DNA from: an uncultured delta proteobacterium
Lineage (GTDB): Bacteria; Desulfobacterota; RBG-13-43-22
Length of the DNA stretch: 64,000 nucleotides
Assembly: GCA_963711835.1 (NCBI GenBank)
Contig: CAVQFQ010000015.1
Span: 96,001 to 160,000 of the forward strand
Reading direction: 5' to 3'
Shown here piece by piece: positions 58,718-64,000 of the stretch; the stretch's first letter is position 1; each line of letters starts with the position of its first letter. The position numbers were made by a program, and so were the translations under genes. The notes below the pieces were generated by a model. It had not been told where the DNA came from, did not search any database, and saw only the letters and a list, made by a program, of their open reading frames with translations.

Positions 58718-59878
58718 TTAAATCACCTTCTCTTCCTTTAAAGCCTTTATTTCTTCCTCCCCAATTCCCAATTCACTCAGGATCTCCCTGGTCTGGGCCC
58801 CCAGGGCCGGTGGAGATTGATCCGGCCATTCTTTTTGACCCGGGAAAAGGGCCGGGTATTTGACCTGTTTGCAAGGTTGCCCGGTTTCATCCGGGAGATC
58901 GAAGAGCAATCCCCGATGACGGATATGGGGATCCTCTTCGATGTCATCGAGCCGGTTGACCGGGGCGGCCGGAACATCTCCGGCTTCAAAAAGCGCCAGC
59001 CAATCCCTTAGATCTCTTTCAACTATAATAGGTTCGAGTATGGCCCGAATTTCGTTTCGGTGGATGAAACGCCCCCGGTCAGTCGATAACCGCGGATCCA
59101 TGGCCAGATCCCCCCGTTCCAGGGTTCCGCATAAATTCGTCCAGAATTTGTCTTCGATGATTCCCAAGGTGATAAACCTTTTATCCCGGGTTTGATAGAC
59201 ATCATAGGCCCCTTTGCGGATTATTTCATCATGGGTCTTTCTGCCGGTTCCCAGGCCGTAGGCCAGACGGATGGACATCATAGAGAGAGGTGCATCCATC
59301 AGGGCTACGTCCAGATAACACCCCTTTCCGGACCGACTCTTCCCAAGGAGGGCAGCCAGGATGGCATGGCTGGCCATAATGCTCCCGCTCAGATCTGCCA
59401 GGGGTACAGGCGGGTGATGCGGAAGCTCATCCGGATTGGCCGTGAGACCCAGGATGCCGGCAACAGCCAAATAGTTCAGGTCATGACCGCTTTTCAAACG
59501 ATAAGGGCCTTCCTGGCCGTAACCGCTTAGAGAACAATAAATAAGTCCCGGATTGTGACCGCTCACGGCTTTATAGTTCAACCCTAATCGTTCCATGACA
59601 CCGGGACGAAATCCTTCCAAAAGGACATCATGAACTTCTATAAGCTTTAAAAGTATATTCCGGCCCTTGGGGTGTTTAATATTTAAGGACAGGCTTTTTT
59701 TATTCCGGTTCACCGTACCGAAGCCCCAAGGATTAATGTGCCTCATATAATCGCCGCGGCCTGGTTCTTCCACCTTCAAGACCCGGGCACCCAGGTCGGC
59801 CAGAAGCTGGGTGCAAAACGCCCCGGGAATAAGGCGCGAGAGATCCAGGACGCGGATATGGTTTAGCATTGTCTTCAT
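58718..59878 (-). CDS. CaiB/BaiF family III CoA transferase
   Basis: RVLDLSRLIPGAF, NRNKKS, EGFRPGV, GHDLNY, LAD. Confidence 0.93.
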   Translation of the reverse strand: MKTMLNHIRVLDLSRLIPGAFCTQLLADLGARVLKVEEPGRGDYMRHINPWGFGTVNRNKKSLSLNIKHPKGRNILLKLIEVHDVLLEGFRPGVMERLGLNYKAVSGHNPGLIYCSLSGYGQEGPYRLKSGHDLNYLAVAGILGLTANPDELPHHPPVPLADLSGSIMASHAILAALLGKSRSGKGCYLDVALMDAPLSMMSIRLAYGLGTGRKTHDEIIRKGAYDVYQTRDKRFITLGIIEDKFWTNLCGTLERGDLAMDPRLSTDRGRFIHRNEIRAILEPIIVERDLRDWLALFEAGDVPAAPVNRLDDIEEDPHIRHRGLLFDLPDETGQPCKQVKYPALFPGQKEWPDQSPPALGAQTREILSELGIGEEEIKALKEEKVI

Positions 59879-60056
59879 TGATAATTTCCTATTGCCTGCC
59901 CCGCCGCACGTGGCTCAGTCAGGAAACCAGGTTTATGGTCGCTTCTGGATCCCGGCTCGCGGTCGCTACCCGCCCTTGACCGGGATGACGAATCAGGATA
60001 CCTCCTCTCCCCCTAAGATGGGGGAGTCCGCCGCGGTGGAGGGGTGGGGGTGAAAA

Positions 60057-60902
60057 TTAAGGGGCTAATTTGAGTACCTTCTTGGCGTTTTCTAAAAGAA
60101 TTTTTTGCCGCACCTCCGGCTTGAGCTCAAGCTGCTCAAAATCGCGCAGCCATCGCTCAGGCTTGATAAAGGGATAATCGGTCCCGAAGAGGGCCTTATT
60201 CTGGAGTCGGCTGTTGATATCCCGGGTGAGCTGGGGCGGGAAATATTTGGGAGACCAACCGGAGAGGTCCACATAGACATTGGCCTTATGGATGGCCATG
60301 GCAATGGCCATATCCGTCCAGGGCCAGGCCGGATGGGCGCAGATGATGGTCAATTCCGGAAAATCAGCCGCCACCTCATCGATCGGCAGAGGGTCCACAT
60401 ATTTCAGTTTGATCCCTAAGCCTCCCGGCATGCCGGCCCCGAGACCGGTTGTCCCGCAGTGAAAAAGGATCGGGATCTTCAGCTCGACGCATTTCTCCCA
60501 AAGGGGATAGAATCGCCGGTCATTGGGGAAGAAGGCCTGGGCGGCCTGCTGAAATTTGGCCCCCCTAAGCCCTAACTCTTTGACCGCCCTTTCCAGTTCT
60601 TCAATGGCGGCCTTACCTTTCCAGGGATCCACACCGGCAAAGCCGATGAAAGTCTCGGGAAAACGACGGACCATTTCAGCCACATACTCATGAGATATGG
60701 GCTTGAGGCCGGTGACCGTTTCATCATCGGTTGGCAGGAGCACCCCCATGATACCGTGATCCTGATAGACCTTAGCCATTTCCTCTTCGCTCAAGACTTC
60801 GAGTTTGGTGTTGAAATATTTCTCCAGGGCATCTCCATAGATACCGGACTTCCTCCGCCCTTCGGCCGTAGAAAAATGGACATGAATATCTATTGCCTTC
60901 AT
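60057..60902 (-). CDS. Amidohydrolase_2 family metallo-hydrolase
   Basis: IDIHVH, LFHCG, CAHP, DLSGW, FGTDYP. Confidence 0.9.
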   Translation of the reverse strand: MKAIDIHVHFSTAEGRRKSGIYGDALEKYFNTKLEVLSEEEMAKVYQDHGIMGVLLPTDDETVTGLKPISHEYVAEMVRRFPETFIGFAGVDPWKGKAAIEELERAVKELGLRGAKFQQAAQAFFPNDRRFYPLWEKCVELKIPILFHCGTTGLGAGMPGGLGIKLKYVDPLPIDEVAADFPELTIICAHPAWPWTDMAIAMAIHKANVYVDLSGWSPKYFPPQLTRDINSRLQNKALFGTDYPFIKPERWLRDFEQLELKPEVRQKILLENAKKVLKLAP

Positions 60903-60924
60903 ATTAATTCCTCCTTTTCATTAA

Positions 60925-61017
60925 GAGCTCAAAGTTTAAGGCTCAAAGCTCAAAGAGGGAAAATGCCTTTTGCCATTATAATCGGCATCGAGCTTTCAGC
61001 TTTGAGCTTTGAGCTTG
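60925..61017. repeat. Heptamer-periodic inverted-repeat element (AGCTCAA unit)
   Basis: agctcaa-agtttaa-ggctcaa-agctcaa ... agctttc-agctttg-agctttg-agcttg. Confidence 0.8.
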
Positions 61018-62795
61018 CCCAAATAATAACGATTCGGGTCGAAAATCCTTAGTAACCGCAACTCCTGTAAATTGGGGGGTTCAATCCAGCGCAGATTCTT
61101 GGCCATTTGAAGCTCCCAACCGCATTGATCCTTGATGTGGCGAACGACGTCTTCTTTTCCCAGGCCTTGAGATCCGGGAAAGAGGCCGGTCAGGAAAAAT
61201 TCCTCTTGGTCTTCCAACTTCTCAAAAACAGCCAAGTTGGAAACGAGGGTCTTAACTTTTTTCCCGGGGCTGGTGATGTAAGGCACCTTGGCCACAAAAC
61301 TGTCTTTTTTCTGCAAAGCAGTGACCAGGACCTCCTGGGCCGAACTGGCGATATCATTCGCCCCCCCTGAACCGACCATAAAGAGCCCTCTTTCAGGATC
61401 CTGAGTGCTGTTGATATTGCCCACGCGGTCGATCTGGCCGGCCCCCAAAGAGCCAAGACATCGATTCCTGGCACCGCCCATGATGATGCCCATGATATGA
61501 TGAACATCGGTCAGCATCTTGCAAGAGGGGAAATTGCGGCTGTTGAAGGTAGTCGGATCCCCGGGCCGCGGGGCATAACCCAACATGCCCGCCTCGGCCA
61601 TAACATCGATATCCATTCCCAGTTGCTGCAATGGATAATAAGCCAGCCAGCCGGCCAGATTGGCCATCCCGGCCCCGCAAAGGAGGGTTCGGTATTGGGA
61701 GCCTTTGATTTTTTCCTGCAAGATCCTGGCGGCCACCACGATGGCCATTTCAATGGGAGTATAATTCGGGCTGTCGGATAACCTTTCTTTCAGGCCAAGG
61801 AATTCTACCTCCCAGGAATTCTCATGGATTTTGCCTTTAAGATACAGCAATCGTTCATGGCCGAGACGACTCAGATAATCCTCATGGCTCCGGCAGCCCA
61901 GGACCCAATGGTCGATCCAGGCCTGGAGGGTATCCTCTTTAAGGGCGGCCTTCTTGGCTTCGGCGATAAATTCATAATCCTCGCCGTAGCCTTCGAATTT
62001 TTCCAGTCCCTGCTGCGGGTGTTTGCTGGGGTGCCCCCCGAAAGGAACCTCCGAAAGGCTGGTCACATACTGACCGGGAAGTTTGACCAGATGGGAATGC
62101 TTACGAATAAAATCCGTGGAGACGATCTTTTCCACCGTCACCAGTGCCCCCATTCGGCTGGCCATGGCCCCATAGACATTTTCCACATTAGGCGGCAACA
62201 AAATGGTATTGCCGTGAGGATCGGCTACTGCCCCGTGCAAAATGGTAATATCCGGGACTAAGGCCTTCACCAGACCTACCTTTTCCTTGGGATGGAAAGG
62301 ATCTTCAATTTCCAGGAAGGCTTCATGATTCTCCCCGGCCATGGTACTGCCCTTAAGGGAGTGCGTAGGAAGAAATGGGAGCCCCATGGCTGCGGCTTTG
62401 AGCCGCAAAGACAGAGTCAGGATAGACCAGTTCTCGAATTCGACAGACCGATCGCGATAGGCCCTTTGGAAGGCCGCATTCGGTCCCGGGGTAGGATAGG
62501 AATCGCCGCAATAGCTGATGATCAGCTTTTTGACCAGCCGGCCCTGAAGGAAAACCGCTGTGGGGTGGTTCATCCCCAGGCCGATCAGGGTAAATTCCGG
62601 GGACTGGCCCCAGAAACAGCGGGCAATTTCGTAAATGATAGCCGTAGCCCAGCGCACGCTGGCCTGGCCGAAATGAATGGCCATACCGGGCTGGATATAT
62701 TGGGCAACCGCCTCTTTGAGGTCTCGAATCTTACTCGACCCCTCGCAGGGCTTCAGAGGAATCACCTGCTTCAGGATGTCGTCATATCCTTCCAC
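60996..62795 (-). CDS. Fused alpha/beta family I CoA transferase (GctAB-like)
   Basis: LKEAVAQYIQPG, ENWS, GHPS; beta part MAEAG (catalytic Glu position), GAGQID, GSGGAND; GTG start after GGAGG. Confidence 0.85.
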   Translation of the reverse strand: MEGYDDILKQVIPLKPCEGSSKIRDLKEAVAQYIQPGMAIHFGQASVRWATAIIYEIARCFWGQSPEFTLIGLGMNHPTAVFLQGRLVKKLIISYCGDSYPTPGPNAAFQRAYRDRSVEFENWSILTLSLRLKAAAMGLPFLPTHSLKGSTMAGENHEAFLEIEDPFHPKEKVGLVKALVPDITILHGAVADPHGNTILLPPNVENVYGAMASRMGALVTVEKIVSTDFIRKHSHLVKLPGQYVTSLSEVPFGGHPSKHPQQGLEKFEGYGEDYEFIAEAKKAALKEDTLQAWIDHWVLGCRSHEDYLSRLGHERLLYLKGKIHENSWEVEFLGLKERLSDSPNYTPIEMAIVVAARILQEKIKGSQYRTLLCGAGMANLAGWLAYYPLQQLGMDIDVMAEAGMLGYAPRPGDPTTFNSRNFPSCKMLTDVHHIMGIIMGGARNRCLGSLGAGQIDRVGNINSTQDPERGLFMVGSGGANDIASSAQEVLVTALQKKDSFVAKVPYITSPGKKVKTLVSNLAVFEKLEDQEEFFLTGLFPGSQGLGKEDVVRHIKDQCGWELQMAKNLRWIEPPNLQELRLLRIFDPNRYYLGKLKAQS

Positions 62796-62813
62796 AACCA
62801 CCTCCCGAGGAGG

Positions 62814-62950
62814 AAACTCGAAATTCGAATATCGAAATCCGAAACAAACACCAATGACCAAAGCCAAAATTACAAAATTAGAATGGTTTTGATCATTTGT
62901 TCATTCGAATTTTAGATTTGTTTCGAATTTCGGATTTCGTGCTTGAAATG
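62814..62950. repeat. Heptamer-periodic inverted-repeat hairpin element (CGAAnnn unit), copy 2
   Basis: aaactcgaaattcgaatatcgaaatccgaaac ... tttgtttcgaatttcggatttcgtgctt. Confidence 0.85.
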
Positions 62951-62990
62951 CTCAATGATAAAGCCTGCGTTCAACCAACTGGGAAATCCT

Positions 62991-64000
62991 TCAATCTCTG
63001 ATGAATATATGCACCGAACAGACCCCGGCTTCCAATTCCGGTATGGCACCGCCCAGGGTATGCGTCAGACCAATCCGGGCCTGGGCCACCTGCCGTTTAC
63101 CGGCCTGGCCCCTAAGCTGCTCAACCACCTCAACCGCCTGGGCAATGCCGGTAGCGCCTAAGGGATGCCCCTTGGAAAGCAAGCCGCCGCTGGGATTCAC
63201 AGCGATAGAACCGGTGATCTCAGTCTTACCCTCTTGGATCATCCGGCCCCCTTCCCCTCTTTCACAGAAACCCAGATTTTCACAATGAAGGATTTCAGCA
63301 ATCGAGAAGGCATCGTGGCACTCGCAGACATTCACATCCTTAGGTCCAATCCCGGCCATGTCATAAGCCACCTTGGCCGTTTCCCGGGTCAAGGGAGAGG
63401 AAAGGATATCCTCACCGCTTTTCACGAACCTGCCGGAGCGGACCGCTGATCCCGCCGCCCGAATGAAGGGTTTGGAGAATTTTTTGGCCTCCTCATAAGA
63501 GGCCAGGATGGCAGCAGCCGCTCCATCGCCGGCAGGACAGCACTGCAAAAGTGTCAGCGGGTCGGCTACGAGGCGAGAGTTCAGCACCTGCTCCAGGGTC
63601 ACTTCCTCCTGATACTGAGCCAGGGGGTTCAGGGAGGCATTGCGATGGCTCTTGACCGAAACCATGGCCATCTGCTCTACGGTGGTTCCATATTCAAACA
63701 TGTGCCGCTGGGCCTTCATGGCGTAATGCCCGGGCAGGGTGCGCCCCTGAAGACCATCCAGATCTTCCGGGTTGGCCGGCAGCAATCCGCCACCCATTTT
63801 CTCCATCCCCACCGCCAGGGCCAGATCATAAAGCCCGCTGGCAATGGCCAGATAGGCCTGGCGAAAGGCGGTCGATCCGCCGGCGCAGGCATTTTCGACA
63901 TTAATTACTTCAAGACCTACTATTCCGGCCTGTTTCAAAGCCCTTTGCCCGGCCACCCGGCCCTGGTGGGAATGGCCGCAGTAGACCACCCCCAGCCGTT
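62991..64000 (-). CDS. Thiolase family protein (SCP2-like), 5' end outside the window
   Basis: VENACAGG, ECHDAF, NPSGGLLSKGHPLGATG. Confidence 0.92.
   Translation of the reverse strand, partial: RLGVVYCGHSHQGRVAGQRALKQAGIVGLEVINVENACAGGSTAFRQAYLAIASGLYDLALAVGMEKMGGGLLPANPEDLDGLQGRTLPGHYAMKAQRHMFEYGTTVEQMAMVSVKSHRNASLNPLAQYQEEVTLEQVLNSRLVADPLTLLQCCPAGDGAAAAILASYEEAKKFSKPFIRAAGSAVRSGRFVKSGEDILSSPLTRETAKVAYDMAGIGPKDVNVCECHDAFSIAEILHCENLGFCERGEGGRMIQEGKTEITGSIAVNPSGGLLSKGHPLGATGIAQAVEVVEQLRGQAGKRQVAQARIGLTHTLGGAIPELEAGVCSVHIFIRD

Noticed and set aside
542-63901. Numerous long antisense/overlapping ORFs in the track (e.g. 2085-2882, 5461-6237, 40924-41886, 44039-44878)
   Set aside because: Shadows of GC-rich coding genes with no recognisable motifs

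Overview
GC-rich bacterial chromosomal window. Gene content suggests an anaerobe of the Desulfobacterota/Deltaproteobacteria type (inference). Layout: (1) 1-18 kb, acyl-CoA catabolic cluster (CoA transferase, acyl-CoA synthetase, thiolase plus HMGS-DUF35 fusion, B12 mutase large subunit, crotonases, MFS, FabK/NMO-like, 3-hydroxyacyl-CoA dehydrogenases, BKACE) with a 14-Kelch secreted protein inside it; (2) 22-29 kb, Liv-type ABC operon with an embedded acyl-CoA ligase; (3) 29-38 kb, STAS-cheY-cheA-MCP-cheW-cheR-cheD-cheB operon ending in a REC-GGDEF cyclase, with a CheA carrying tandem MshEN-like c-di-GMP-binding motifs; (4) vapBC and an MrfA/MrfB-like helicase-exonuclease fusion; (5) glgX-fbaA-pta-ackA, bracketed by a 241-bp duplication of a TA locus, followed by a TA/repeat hotspot; (6) a second acyl-CoA operon at 54-64 kb. 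The most striking unexplained signal is a set of about nine intergenic hairpin elements built from inverted 7/8-nt periodic repeats of several different unit sequences, one still enclosing a four-helix-bundle gene stump. There is also a two-copy ~215-nt element whose terminal stem covaries. At least seven single-base insertions split genes and are probably sequencing errors. No rRNA, tRNA, CRISPR array or transposase was seen.
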